Shown piece by piece: positions 49,296-62,933 of a stretch of DNA of 64,000 bases (positions are counted from its first letter, which is position 1; each line of letters opens with the position of its first letter). The stretch covers positions 22,508,001 to 22,572,000 of the forward strand of contig CM059432.1 in assembly GCA_030390025.1 (NCBI GenBank), written 5' to 3'. Below the pieces are notes generated by a model that worked only from the letters and a program-made list of their open reading frames with translations, did not search any database and had not been told where the DNA came from. A program made the position numbers and the translations under genes. Source of the stretch: Squalus acanthias. Lineage: Eukaryota.

Positions 49296-49745
49296 AAAAG
49301 AAAGACTTGCATTTATATAGCGCCTTTCACCAGACATCTCAAAGTGCATTACAGCCAATGAAGTACTTTTGAAGTGGAGTCACTGTTGTAATGTGGGAAA
49401 TGCAGCAGCCAATTTGCACACAGCAAGGTCCCACAAACAGCAATGTGATAATGACCAGATAATCTGTTTTTGTTATGTTGGTTGAGGGATAAATATTGGC
49501 CAGGACACCGGGGATAACTCCCCTGCTTTTCTTTAAATTAGTGCCATGGGATCTTTTACATCCACCTGAGAGAGCAGACAGGGTTAACGTCTCATCCGAA
49601 AGACGGCACCTCCAACAGTGCAGCACTCCCTCAGCACTGCATTGGAATGTCAACCTAGCTTTATGTGCTCAAGTTTGGAGTGGGACTTGAACACACAACC
49701 TTCTGACTCAGAGGCAAGTGTGCTACCCACTGAGCCACAGCTGAC
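49296..49745 (-). mobile_element. Full-length DeuSINE (SacSINE1-like)
   Basis: Head tggctcagtgg (A box) ...gttcaagtcc (B box), Deu domain and tail gcgctatataaatgcaagtctttc. Confidence 0.9.
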
Positions 49746-50427
49746 AACGTGAGTGATCCTGGAGGTGCAGGAAGAAATGCAGGAGGCTGTGACAGGTTTT
49801 GCGAGCGCGGTGTCTAAAAACGTTCAGCGAATGGAGGAGTACATCTCCAACATGAGCACTACTGTGTCGTAGGCATTGCCACCTCACTCCATCATAGTCA
49901 CCCTTTAAAGATCTAACCCATCCATTCGTTACACTCATTCCATCACTCTCACTCAACCTTCTCTTCTTTCCCTCCTTGCAGGAAAAGAGAGCCCACAAAT
50001 TAAATCTGTGCTGGCAATATAGTCAGCAACAGCTTCTACCTGAAGAAAGTGATCAGCTGTGAGGTCAGAGCTTTTATAGTACATTTGATGCTGTCAAGTA
50101 ATCAGCTGGAGCAATGGCCACTTTAACTTCCGCCTCAGGTTGACAGATGTGGTTCCCGAGCTGCGTGAATCCTGTGGCCATGCAGGAAAATTTGAAATGT
50201 AGGGGGAGAAAGGCTCTTAAGTGTCTGACAACAAGCTTGTAATGATTTCAATTAGGTCGGCCACCTCAGCTGGTCGAGTTGCTGCCACACCGGCAAATGC
50301 ACCCAAGGGAAAGGCACGTGGGGGTGGGTTGATGGCGGGTTCCCGACCCGCTCAGATTTTTTCCAAATTTCCCAGCTGACCCGCCTCCGATCGCGCTCGC
50401 ACGGACCCCAGAAAATTCCGGCCACAG

Positions 50428-51382
50428 CATCATTTTCCACATGTATGCAAACGACACTCAGCTCTGCCTCGCCACCACTTCTCTTGACCCCTCCACTGTC
50501 TCTAAATTGTCAGACTGCATCTAGTACTGGATGAGCAGAAATTTCCTCCAATTAAATATTGGGAAGACCACAGCCATTGTCTTCGGTCCCCGCCACAAAC
50601 TCTGTTACCTAGCCAACGACTCCATCCCTCTCCCTAACATCTGTCTGAGGCTGAACCAGACTGTTCGCAACCTTGGTGTCATATTTGACCCAGAAATTAC
50701 CTTCCAACCGCATATCCACACCATAACTAAGATCACTTATTTCCACCTCTGTAACATTGCCCGTCTCTGCCCGTGCCTCGGCTCATCTGCTATTGAAACC
50801 TTTGTTACCTCTAGACATGACTATTCCAGTGCACTCCTGGCTGGCCTCCCATGTTCTACCCTACATAAGCTTGAGGTCATCCAAAATTCTGCTGCCCGTG
50901 TCCTAATTCACACCATGTTCCGTTCGCCCATCACCCCTGTGCTCGCTGACCTACATTGGCTCCCAGTGAAGCAGTGCCTCGATTTTAAAATTTTCATCCT
51001 TGTTTTCAAATCCCTCCATGGCCTCACCCCCTCCCTATCTCTGTAATCTCCTCCAGCCCCACAACCCCCCGAGATATCTGCGCTCCTCTAATTCTGCCCT
51101 CTTGAACATCCCTCATGTTAATCACTCCACCATTGGTAGCCTTCAGCTGCCAAGGCCTTAAGCTCTGGAATTCCCTCCCTAAACCTCTCCCCCTCTCGAC
51201 CTCTCTTTCCTCCTTTAAGACTCTCCTTAAATCCTACCTCTTTCACCAAGCTTTTGGTAATCTGCCCTCATTTCTCCTTATGTGCTCGGTGTCAAATGTT
51301 GTTTTATAACACTCCTGCGAAGCTCCTTGGGACAGTTTACTACATTAAATGTGCTATATGAATACTAGTTGTTGTTGTTGTT
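50428..51382 (+). mobile_element. L2 LINE 3' portion
   Basis: FHMYANDTQL, then ORF 50531-51046 (NFLQLNIGKT..VRNLGVIFD..QNSAAR..ITPVLADLHWLPV); (GTT)n tail. Confidence 0.92.
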
Positions 51383-51384
51383 GT

Positions 51385-51610
51385 GTGTTTGGAATGTGGA
51401 ACTCTCTACCACAAGGCGTAGTTGAGGCGAATAGCATAGATGCATTTAAGGGGAAACTAGATAAACACATGAGGGAGAAAGGATTGGAAGGTTGTGTTGA
51501 TAGAGTTAGATGAAGAGGAGTGGGAGGAGGCTCGTGTGGAGCATTAACACTGGCATGGATCAGTTGGAGTGAATGGCCTGTTTCTGTGCTGTACACCCTA
51601 TGTAATTCTA
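51385..51610 (+). mobile_element. CR1 3' end fragment
   Basis: WNSLPQGVVEANSIDAFKGKLD followed by a 3' UTR gaatggcctgtttctgtgctgta. Confidence 0.85.
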
Positions 51611-52149
51611 CTTTTGTCTCTAAGCCAAAGGTTTGTGGGTTCAGTGCAGTTGGTGCAGTTCATTTTTGTCTTCACTCCTGGGTGGCAATCTGGCAGAGAG
51701 CATCGCACGCCATTGTAGAACCCGCTCAATTTTCATTCCACTGATTTCCAGACAGTGAAGACAAAAATTTACCCACAGGACCTGAACACATAAACTAGGC
51801 TAACATTCCAGTGCTGCAACAAGAGATCAGGGGTGCTGCTGTTTGGATGTAGATGTTAATAAAAAATCCTATTTTTCTGTTAAGGTAAATCTTAAAGAAC
51901 AGATGGCTCTATTTGATTAAAAGAAGGGTGTTTTTCAGCATATCATTCTATTTGGAAATTATTTGGAATTGTAAAGTGTTATTTGTGAGTTTTTATTGCT
52001 ATTTTATGCAAAATTCTAGTAATAATAAATAATTGAGTAGCACCTATCTGCATGATTAGTTTTACAACCCATTGCATTTTAGATACTTGCAGCAGTTGAG
52101 AGCAGATCCGACCTAACAGCAAAAAGCCATACTATAACATAGCTGAGCA

Positions 52150-55102
52150 TCTGCCCTCTGAAATAGCCTGAGTTGTATCAAACCGTTACGAAAAACAATA
52201 AGAATATAACCGGACGGGCTACCCGGCATCGACCTAGGCACCGGATTCGGACACGACAAAAGCACACCCAGCCCAGTAAACCCTACAAAGTACTCCTCAC
52301 TAACATCTAGGGACTTGTGCTAAAATTGGGAGAGCTGTCCCACAGACTAGTCAAACAACAGCCTGACATACTCCCAGAATCATACCTTTCAGCCAATGTC
52401 CCAGACTCCTCCATCAACATCCCTGGGTATGTCACATCCCACCAGCAGGACAAACTCACCAGAGGTAGTAAACAGTCAGGATGGAGCATTCCTGGGAGTC
52501 CTCAACTTTGGCTCCGGCATCAGGTCAAACATAGGCAAGGAAACCTCCTGCTGATTACCATCTACCGCCCTCCCTCAGCTGATGAATCATTACTTCTCTA
52601 TGTTAAACACCACTTGGAAGAAGCACTGAGGGTACAGCAAGGGAACTCTGGGTGGGGGACTTCAATGTCCATCACCAAGACTGGCTCGGTTGCACCACTA
52701 CTGACTGAGCTGGCTGAGTCCTCAAGGACATAGCTGCCAGGCTGGGCCTGCAGCTGGTGGTGAGAGAACCAACATAAAGAAGAAACCTACTCCTCATACT
52801 CACAGAATCATACCTTTCATCCAATGTCCCAGACTCCTCCATCAACATCCCTGGGTATACTCCCTCCTGACTGTTTACTACTGTGCCACCACCTCTGGTG
52901 AGTTTGTCTTGCTGGTGGGACGTGGCATACCCAGGGATGTTGATTGGGGAGTCAGGAGGTGAGACACTCGCCGCAGAATACCTAGCCTCTGACCTGCTCT
53001 TGTTGCCACAGTATTTATGTGGCTTTTCTAGTTAAGTTTCTGGTCAATGGTGACCCCCAGGATGTTGATAGTGGGGGATTCGGCGATGGTAATGCCGTTG
53101 AATGTCAAGGGCGGTGGTTAGACTCTCATTTGTTGGAGATAGTCATTGCCTGGCACTTCTGTGGCGCGAATGTTACCTGCCACTTACCAGCCCAAGCCTG
53201 AACGTCGTCCAAGTCTTGTTGCATGCGGGCATGGACTGCTTCATTATCTGAGGAGTTGTGAACAGCATTGAACACTGTACAGTCATCAGCGAACATCCCC
53301 ATTTCTGACCTTATGTTGGAGGGAAGGTCATTGATGAAGCAGCTGAAGATGGTTGGGCCTAGGACACTGCCCTGAGGAACTCCTGCAGTGATGTTCTGGG
53401 GCTGTGATGATTGACCTTCAACCACCACAACCATCTTCCGTTGTGTTAGGTATGACTCCAGCCAGTGGAGAAAATTCCCCCTCGATTCCCACTGACTTCA
53501 GTTTTACTAGGGATCCTTGAAACCACACTCAGTCAAATGCTGTCTTGATGTCAAGGGCAGTCACTCTCACCTCACCTCTGGAATTCAGCTCCTTTGACCA
53601 TGTTTGGACCAAGGCTGTAATGAGGTCAGGAGCCAAGTGGTCTTGGCGGAACCCAAACTGTGCATCAGTGAGCAGGTTATTGGTGAGTAAGTGCCGCTTG
53701 ATAGCACTGTCGATGACACCTTCCATCACTTTGCTGATGATTGAGAGTAGGCTGATGGGGCGGTAATTGGCCAGATTAGATTTGTCCTGCTTTTTGTGGA
53801 CAGGACATACTTGGACATTGATTTCCACATTGTCGGATAGATGCCAGTGTTGTAACTGTACTGGAACAGCTTAGTCACCAATAACCTGCTCACTGATATG
53901 CAGTTTGGGTTCCGCCAAGACCACTCGACTCCCGACCTCATTACAGCCTTGGTCCAAACATGGACAAAGGAGCTGAATTCCAGAGGTGAGGTCAGAGTGA
54001 CTGCCCTTGACATCAAGGCAGCATTTTACTGAGACTAAGTGTGACATCAAGGAGCCCTCGTAAAATTGAAGTCAATGGGAATCAGGGGGAAAAACTCTCC
54101 ACTGGCTGGAGTCATACCTATAACAAAGGATAATGGTTGTGGTTGTTGGAGGCCAATCATCTTCGGCTGCTTCATCAATGACCTTCCCTCCATCATAAGT
54201 TCAGAAGTGGGAATGTTCGCTGATGATTGCATAGTGTTCAGTTCCATTCGCAACTTCTCAGATAATGAAGCAGTCCATGCCCGCATGCAGCAAGACCTGG
54301 ACGACATTCACAATTGGGCTGATAAGTGGCAAGTAACATTCGTGCCACACAAGTGCCAGGCAATGACCATCTCCAACAAGAGAAGTCTAACCATCTCCCC
54401 TTAACATTGAATGGCATTACCATCACTGAATCCCCCACCATCAACATCCTGGGGGTCACCATTGACCAGAAACTTAACTGGACCAGCCACTTAGATACTG
54501 TGCCTACAAGAGCAGGTCAGAGGCTGGGTATTCTGTGGTGAGTGTCTCACCTCCTCCTGACTCCCCAAACGCTTTCCACCATCTACAAGGCACAAGGCAG
54601 GAATGTGATGGAATACTCTTCACTTGTCTGGGTAAATGCAGCTCCAACAACAATCAAGAAGCTCGACATCAGGACAAAAGTAGCCCGCTTGATTGCCACC
54701 CCATCCACCACCTTAAACATTCACTCCCTCCACCACCAGAGCACTGTGTCTGCAGTGTGTACCATCTACAAGATGCACCTCAGCAACTCGCCAAGGCTTC
54801 TTTGACAGTACCTCCCAAACTCGCAACCTCTACCACCTAGAAGGATAAGGGCAGCATGGGAACACCACCACTTCCAAGTCACACACCATTGTGACTTGGA
54901 AATATATCACCGTATCTTCATCATCGCTGGGTCAAAATCGTGGAACTCACTACCTAACAGCACTGTGGGAATACCTTCATCACACGGACTGCAACGGTTT
55001 AAGGCGGCGGCGGCTCACCACCTTCTCTAGGGCAATTAGGGATGGGCAATAAATGCTGGCCTTACCAGCGATGCCCACATTCCACGAATGAATAAAAAAA
55101 AA
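52150..55102 (+). mobile_element. Second CR1-group LINE, rearranged (APE start, inverted middle block, RT 3' end)
   Basis: APE motif LGELSHRLVKQQPDI..ESYL at 52317. Minus-strand RT block ~52958-53870 (GVPQGSVLGP, FADD). Plus-strand RT from 53872, ending gggcaataaatgctggcc..cccacat..aataaaaaaaaa. Confidence 0.88.
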
Positions 55103-55197
55103 TCTTCTTCTTTGGCTTGCTGTCCATTTTTTGATTACATCTCTGTGAAGTGTCTTGGGTTGTTTTACTATATTAATGGCACTATATCAATGCAAGT

Positions 55198-56565
55198 TAG
55201 TGGGAAGCTTTTAGAAACAGTAATCAGGGACAAAATTAACAGTCACTTGGATAAGTGTGGATTAATTATGGAAAGCCAGCATGGATTTGTTAAAGGCAAA
55301 TTGTGTTTAACTAACTTGATTGAGTTCTTTGATGAGGTAACAGAGATGGTTGATGAAGGCAATACAGTTGATGTACTGTACATGGACTTCCAAAAGGCAT
55401 TCAACAAAGTGCCACATAATAGGCTTGCCAGCAAAGTTGAAGCCCATGGAATAAAAGTGACCGTGGCAGCCTGGATACGAAATTGGCTAAGTGATAGGAA
55501 ACAGAGAGTAGTGGTGAATGGTTGTTTTTCGGACTGGAGGAAGGTTTACAGTGGTGTTCCCCAGGGGTCAGTTCTAGGACCACTGATTTTCTTGATATAT
55601 ATTAATGACTTGGATGTGGGTGTACAGGGCACAATTTCAAAATTTGCAGATGACACAAAACTTGGAAGTATAGTGAACAGTGAGGAAGAGAGTGATAGAC
55701 TACAGGAAGACATAGACAGGATGATGAAATGGGTGGACACGTGGCAGATGAAATTTAATGCAGAAAAGTGTGAAGTGATACATTTTGGTAGAAAGAATGA
55801 GGAGAGGACATAAAAACTAAATGGTACAATCCTGAAGGTGGTGCACGAACAGAAAGACCTGGGGGTATGTGTGCACAAATTGTTAAAGGTGGTAGGGCAG
55901 GTTGAGAAAGTAGTTAAAAAGGCTTTTGGGATCCTGGGCTTATAACTAAAGGTATAGAGTACAAAAGTGTGGAAATTATGATGAACCTGTATAAAATACT
56001 GGTTCAGCCCCAACTGGAGTACTGTGTCCAATTCGGGGCACCACACTTTAGGAAGGATGTGAAGGCCTTAGAGAGGGTGCGGAAAAGATTTATGAGAATG
56101 ATTCCAGGAATGAGGGACTTCAGTTATGTTGATAGACTGGAGAAGCTGGGGTTGTTCTCCTTGGAGCAGAGAAGATTGAGAGGAGATTTGATAGAGGTGT
56201 TCAAAATCATGAGGGGTCGGGACAGAGTAGATAAAGAGAAACTGTTCCCATTGGTAGAAGAGTCAAGAACCAGAGGACACAGATTTAAGGTGATTGGCAG
56301 AAGAACCAAAGCAGACGTAAGAAAATGCTTTATTACACAGCGAGTGGTTAAGATCTGGAATACACTGCCTGAAAGGGTGGTGGAGGCAGAATCAATCACG
56401 GCTTTCAAAAGGGAGTTGGATAAGAATCTGAAGGAAAGATATTTGCAGGGCTATGGGGAAAGGGCGGGGGAGTGGGACTAGCTGAAGTGCTCTTACAGAG
56501 AGCCGGCACAGTCTCAACGAGCCGAATGGCCTTCTTCTGTGCTGTAACCATTCCATGATTCTATG
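55198..56565 (+). mobile_element. 5'-truncated CR1 (RT domain and 3' UTR)
   Basis: ORFs 55088-55813 (QHGFVKGK..MDFQKAF..GVPQGSVLGP..FADDTKL) and 55969-56481; tail ttccatgattctatg. Confidence 0.95.
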
Positions 56566-57004
56566 AAGTTATTGTTGTTGTCCACATCCTAAAACATAGT
56601 CCTCACAGCAATGCTTAGAGGAGATCTAGATCTCTTTTTAAAAAAATCCGAATTGCACAGCATGTGTTTCTTATTCTGTCATAAAATAGATCAAGAGAGG
56701 TGTGTGCATGGTTTTGAGATGTCAATACAACATGCAAAGTGTGTGGGGAACCCTTTTTTCTGGGGGGAGGGGGCTATTCTCAGATTCAGGGGAAATCCTT
56801 TTTTTACTAATTCACCTCAAAAAATCCACAGATTAATTGGCAAAATTGATTGAAAACAATGATTTTAATGATCCACAATGATGCCACTAGCAGTTCATGT
56901 TGTACGTTCAGAGAGTCCTATATGAAATATTTGCTTCTTGACTGTCTCTAATCAGCCATTCAACAGTACAGGCACTGAAACAAGAAGCAACTAATAGATA
57001 CCAT

Positions 57005-58860
57005 AAATTACATAGAATTCCATAGAAATTGCACATGCACCCAGGCCATTCAGCCCAATCAGTCTGTGCTGGAGCTTATCCTCCACACAAGCAATAGTCC
57101 TAATCCCATGTGCCCACTCTTCCCCCATATACCTTCAGCCCCTTTTCTTCAATCACCTATCTAACCTATTCTTAAATGGTGACATCGCCTCTCTTCAATC
57201 ACTAACTACAGTTTCTGTGTAAAAAGGTTTCTCTTGATTTCTGTCCTAAATTTCTTATATTTAATCTTCTATGTTTTTTAAAAATTTGTTTATGGGATGT
57301 GGGCATCGCTGGCAAGGCCAGCATTTATTGCCCATCCCTAGTTGCCCTTGAGAAGGTGGTGGTGAGCCGCCTTCTTGAACCACTGCAGTCCATGTGGTGA
57401 AGGTACTCCCACGGTGCTGTTAGGTAGGGAGTTCCAGGATTTTGACCCAGCGACGATGAAGGATCGGCGATATACTTCTAAGTCAGGATGGTGTGTGACT
57501 TGGAGGGGAACTTGAAGGTGGTGGTGTTCCCATGCGCCTGCTGCCCTTGTCCTTCTAGGTGGAAGAGGCCCCTTATTCTAGACCCCTCAACCACTGGTAA
57601 CATTCCATTCCTATAAACTCTGTCCTATCCCTGCATCATTTTAAACACCTCTATTAAATCTATTGAAAACATCCCCAATGTTTCAAGTCTTTCCACGTAT
57701 TTGTATTTTCTCATACCAGGAGGCAGAATCCTAATGAAACTGTGCTGTCTATTACCCTTTCTATTACCTCAACATTCTTCCTATAGTGTGGAGCCCAAAA
57801 GTGCAACATTCCAACTGTAGTCTTCATAACAGTTTAAATAGATTCACCATTACATCTCGACTTTTATATTCTATGGGGGAAAAATTCAATTGGTTGCGCC
57901 TCCCGTTAGCGCCTTAAGAGGGTGCTAATGGGGCGCAAAGCATCTAGCGCCCAGGCGCGGCGAAGTTTGCGCCACTCGTGAAATTAACTAGACATTTTGC
58001 GGCGGCGCTAAACACTACCGCCACGATCTCCTGCGCCGGCAGATCATGACGTCAGTCGAGTGTGCAACGCCCCGGTATCGCCCCGGAGCGGATATTGAGT
58101 GGCGCCCCCTGCCTTACCGCCTGACGCTAGCAACGACAGGTTGAGGGGAGCGTTCTGCAGTCATGAAGGGAAAGGGGGAGCGCTATTTAAAGGTGACCGC
58201 TTCCTGCCTTTTATTGTTGGTGCCATTTTTGAACTACGCATTCTGAGAGAGAGAGGGAGAGATTTCTGGAGAGATTCAACGTTGTGTGAAGGAGTTTTGG
58301 GTACTGAGCAGCACTTTGCAGGTTCATTTTGATTTGCCATTCCTTGTATCGATTTAGCAGAGACTGTGGGGGCTGCACTCTGAGCTCTTTGCCTGGTACT
58401 CTCCATTGTTCTTTCCAGCACATTTGATGTGCAAGTCTCTCCAGGCCCGAGATTCAAGGCTGCAATGAACAGGATGTGATGGAAAGCAAGATTAACCATC
58501 CCCTTTAAGAACTGGCCCGTGCCATTGTGTGTGTGTTCCATTGCTGACTGACATTACATGAGCTTCGCCAGCGCTCTGAGTTAGCGCCTCACTCCTCGGC
58601 CTTTGCGCCTTAAGACAGGTGTGCAGCGCCTGATTTAGCGCTCCAATCACCTCCCGGGGTGTTAAAAGTGAAGTTTCCAGTCAGTGGCGATAATTAGCGC
58701 CAGGCGCTAACTCTTGCGCCCGGACGATATTTGCGCCCCAAACGGGGCGCGACTGAATTTTTCCCCCTATACCTCTTGAATTGCTTTTCTGACCTGCGAT
58801 GGTGCTTTTAATGATTTGTTCACTTGCATCCCTAGATTCCTTTGGTCTTCTACCCCATTA
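57005..58860 (-). mobile_element. Old CR1 fragment interrupted by a LINE 3' end (57275-57568) and a MITE (57875-58767)
   Basis: Degenerate CR1 3' UTR/ORF2 pieces flank both inserts. The 57275 insert matches the 3' end at 35010 (gggatgtgggcatcgctggcaaggccagcatttattgccc). Confidence 0.7.
57875..58767. mobile_element. Harbinger non-autonomous element with GGGGG termini
   Basis: Perfect 14-bp TIR gggggaaaaattca and TSD TAT; many (t/a)gcgcc / ggcgc subterminal motifs. Confidence 0.92.
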
Positions 58861-60039
58861 CTGAGGAGGTAATGGCAGGTAGCATGATGTCAACATTTTA
58901 TTATCACCTCATTTAAATATGCTCACCTATACTTGGGCAAGACACTTCAGAAATGTCACCAGAAGCTTGCAACAGCCAAAAAAATGGGGATGGATCCAAT
59001 GTTCCGAGTTTCCACAACAATTTCCATTTCACTGCCCCAAACTACCTGACAAGAAGTGAAAAAAAGAAAATGCATCTGGGATTGCGATGAAGTGAGATGT
59101 ACAGTAGTTGGTAGTTCATTTAAAGGGCCGAGTAATGCACGTGTAAGTGGTCTTAGGCTATTTCTGGCCCAATTCTTAAAGTATCTTTTTCCTAAGCACA
59201 TGTTCCTGTGTGTCTTTCTGCCAATTGTTCTATTTTTTAATTGTTTTTCTCCCTGCTCCATTATTGACACCAATGGGTTTTCCAATGCAAATTGCCTGAG
59301 ATGACGAGCTGGAAGAGGGATACTAGGAAAGTTAGGTTGCTCTGCCCCCATTCTCAGTACCCATATCTGCAAAAAGAGGTGGAATTACCTTACTTGGCAG
59401 GCACAGTGCTGGTGGAAGCTCCTATTCCTGAAGGAAGCTGCATCAACAGGCCTCTGATGGTATTACTAAGATAACCATTATGCTGGATGTTATGCTTTAC
59501 ATGGCATGATAGAAGGCACATCAGGGTGATCAACAGCCAGCCAGCATTGTCTGATTGCTGCACCCCTCAAATGTCACCAGCCATTTCTGATGGCCCTGGC
59601 ACTCCTAACTAGCAATGACTATGGGGAACTTCTATGGGTCTGAGTCAGCAGATAAGCAGATGCAGACCTATGCTATCTGCTGCAATGACACCTGCAGTTA
59701 CCATGGAATATAGGGTTTGGTTATCGAATGACTGTAACAGTCAGCTGCCACCTGAAAGATGTCTTCACCTCCTTGCAGGCAAGCTGACTGCTGCTCTATG
59801 TAGATCGTACTATAGGGGACATCAGCAGACATCAAACAGGCAGCTCCTCCAGACCTATAGATCCATGCTTGTACCAAGGGTTCCTTTTCTCTTAATTTAT
59901 TGCCTGCCACCTCTTAATCCCTTGCCTCTTTTGCTTTGGCAAAGGCTACTAAAAGAGTGATATGGCTTATAATCCCTTCCAAAGACTTTCTGAAATTTTG
60001 TCCCTCGATTCTGATATTCACCTATAATTAGCTTCATCA

Positions 60040-60352
60040 CATTCACAGAATCACAGAATCCCCACAATGCAGATAGAGGCCATTTCGGCCCATCGAGCCT
60101 GCACCGACACATATCCCACCCTATCCCCGTAACCCCACGTATTTAATCCCCCTAACTCTAAGGGTCAATTTATCATAGCCAAATCAACCTAACCCGCACA
60201 TCTTTGGACTGTGGGAGAAAACTGGAGCACCCGGAGGAAACCCACGCAGACACGGGGAGAATGTGCAAACTCCACACTGACAGTCACCCGAGGCCAGATT
60301 CGAACCCGGGTCCCTGGCGCTGTGAGGCAACAGTGCTAACCACTATGCCACC
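60040..60352 (-). mobile_element. V-SINE (HE1-like): tRNA head, V-domain, CR1-type tail
   Basis: Minus strand ggtggcatagtggttagcactg..gggttcgaatc; V-domain tgtggagtttgcacattctccccgtgtctgcgtgggtttcctccggg; tail gatgggccgaaatggcct..(gattctgt)n. Confidence 0.92.
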
Positions 60353-61039
60353 TTTTACTCATTATATTTCATTTACATTCAGTTTCCCCTCCCACCACTA
60401 CTTTGTCCACACACCCTTCCAAATCTGTAGATTTGTACTTGGACCTGTGGATAATTGTGCAATCAGGAATCCGTCAGTTCTTCAAGCAGGATTTTCACCA
60501 GTTCTTAATCACTTAGAAGTGACTTACACTTGTTGATGAAAATCAGCCCCATTTAATAAAGACCTCCAAGAACACATATGAAGGAGTCAGCAGCATACTA
60601 ACAACTACTAACAGCTTATACAGTCAGCCCAGATAAAGATTTTTATTTTTTCTTTATTTTGCCTTGCCTCACTACCCAAAAGTTTATGCCTCCTAAGTTC
60701 ACAGAGAGGTGAATTGCCGAGGCAGGACATAGATCACGATTGAAACGAGTAAAAGATTACGGAAGATGAAGCAAGAAGTAATGCCAAAATGATGCCAGTT
60801 TTAAAAGTAAGGAGGTTCTGGGAAAGAAAAAAAATCAATTTGGAGGCAGGGTATAAAGGCTTGATTTCAACACAACGAGGACACAGGAGGGTTTTCAGCA
60901 GAGGTATTTGGAGACTCAATTTTTGTTATCAATCCTACTTTTTTAAATTCCTCTTGCTTTTATTTTATTACTTTTTGGTTTTTCACTTGTTCTTTTCCCA
61001 TGCCACTTTTGCTTTCTTTTCTCTTTCCTCATCTTGTTT

Positions 61040-61200
61040 TATTTCCCCTTCCTGCCTGCCATATTAGTTTAAACCCTTCTCCACAGCACTTGTTATTCTC
61101 CGAGCAAGGACACTGGTCCTGGCCCTGTTGAGGTGAATGAGGCCTGTCCATCCTGTACAGATCACTCCTGTCCCAGATGTGCTCCATGTACCCTTGAAAG
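61040..61200 (-). mobile_element. CR1 ORF1 (esterase-like) C-terminal fragment
   Basis: Minus strand HLNRARTSVLARRITSAVEKGLN*. Confidence 0.6.
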
Positions 61201-62933
61201 GAATGGCAGATTCATCTGTTATTCGGTAGCATTCCCATTACATCGCCACAGAAAAAGAAAGGAACAAAAGATTAACAGTTGTGATGAATGGCAAGTGAAC
61301 CCTGGAATGCTTATTGCCGTGTTATTTAGAGAGTGATAAAAGGAAGATTTTCCTCTCTGCTATCATTTGATTTATAACTTTATTATTGAAACAAATTAGA
61401 TCCCTCAATTTTTAATTCAATAGCCTATTGATCTTTCAGAGTACACAGCGCTATGCAGTTTATGACTTCTTGATGTGTACATTCTTGAACTAATGCTTTA
61501 CACCATATTTTGTTGTATAAATCACAGGCTGCCAACTTTGTTATTAAACTATAAAGAACTGCAACACTGGAAAAGGGAAGACGAGATCAGTAATCAATTA
61601 TCGCACACTAAAACTGCTGGCTGCAAGTGATAGATTACAACCTGCAGAAACAAACAAAAAAGTGTGTTTGTAGGTGAGATTGCAAGCTAATATTTTTTTT
61701 AAATCCTTATAACCTTCGACTACTTCATGGTTGAGTCTGGAATGCATTTGGCGCTGGAAGGGACTTTATTTCACCACCGCAGTTAAAACAATTAGAGGAC
61801 GGAGAAATTCCTTTGTTCCCAAAAAACCCCAGCTCTCGAGGTCTAGTGTGGTAATGGTGACTTTTTTTGGATTGTGCTGAGGAATGGTAATCTGGACCTC
61901 CCTCCTTTCCAAAGGCTATAAGACCCTCTCCCTCTATGCTGCTACCTCCCTTTAAGTGTTTGCATCCTTTTACATTGTGATTCCCAGTAGCACCACCTCG
62001 CACTTGTCCAAAGCTACACCCGAGGTTATGAACAATTGCAGCAATGAGCTGACCATGGAAAATCACGTGCAAATTACACGTCAAGTGAGATTTACACTCG
62101 CTTCTAGTCATTTGGGAGTAAACTGTGCCCATACCAAAAAACATCGACTAAGAACTCCAACCAAAGCATTTTGAGCAGATCTCTGTGTTGGGGCGTAAAT
62201 TTTCACCTGGTTGGAGTGTATAGAGGAAATTGTGCAGGTTGGATTCCAGTCCTATAACGGGGTAATGGATAAAAATTCAGGGAGGCTCTGTTATGAGAGA
62301 GTGATGCTCTCCAGCTTGATTTTCCTGCATGCATTCTGCCCGTACAATTATTTACCCAAGCACAAAAGCGAAAATATCCACCCCACTGGTCTTTACTGTT
62401 TACAGATGCTGAAAGACCTGCTGTGTATTCCCAGAGTGTTCTGTTTCTATTTCAGTGTCCCTCCTTCTTTATTTTGCATATTAAATAGTGATTCGAGGGT
62501 TCTCCTTTATCTCAGTACTGTTAGGAACGATCTGAAGAAAGAACATGATAGGATCACTGGGAGTCAGATTTTACTGCCTGAAAATAAATTAAACGTAATA
62601 TTAAATATTCATGCTGCTAAATGAATAAAAATACCATGTAAATATAATGTAAAATACTTGTCTGAAAAGCACTGGTCCCAGTGCTCATTGAAAGCTATAA
62701 AGCAGGCAGCAACCAATTAAATACATAACTTAACGTAAACTGACTCTGACATTGTGAGGTTTGTGACTATTTTCTTTCTTTCCCGCCCCATAACCCTGTT
62801 GTTGTGCAATCTCATTCAATCAAATTTCAAAATGGCACTAAATTGTGTTTTGTGCTCAGTAAAGATGAGGTAGGAGAGTGCTACAGAAAAGAACAGTGTC
62901 TACTCTGCATTTCTTAGCACCCAGAGGTGAGAT

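Larger units (their letters stand above)
47806..50423. mobile_element. Internally deleted Harbinger retaining a spliced Myb/SANT gene (same family as 4915-6598)
   Basis: TIR ggc(t/c)ggaattttctg (14/15) and TSD ACA; contains a DeuSINE insertion; transposase absent. Confidence 0.9.

Noticed and set aside
49675..49745. tRNA-like sequences (also ~22550-22620, 60290-60352, 38790-38876)
   Set aside because: The A/B boxes run directly into SINE or LINE bodies; these are retroposon heads, not tRNA genes.
59300..59900. Possible very old Harbinger transposase remnant (LAGKLTAAL, IGDIS)
   Set aside because: Too degenerate to support without a profile search; no termini found.
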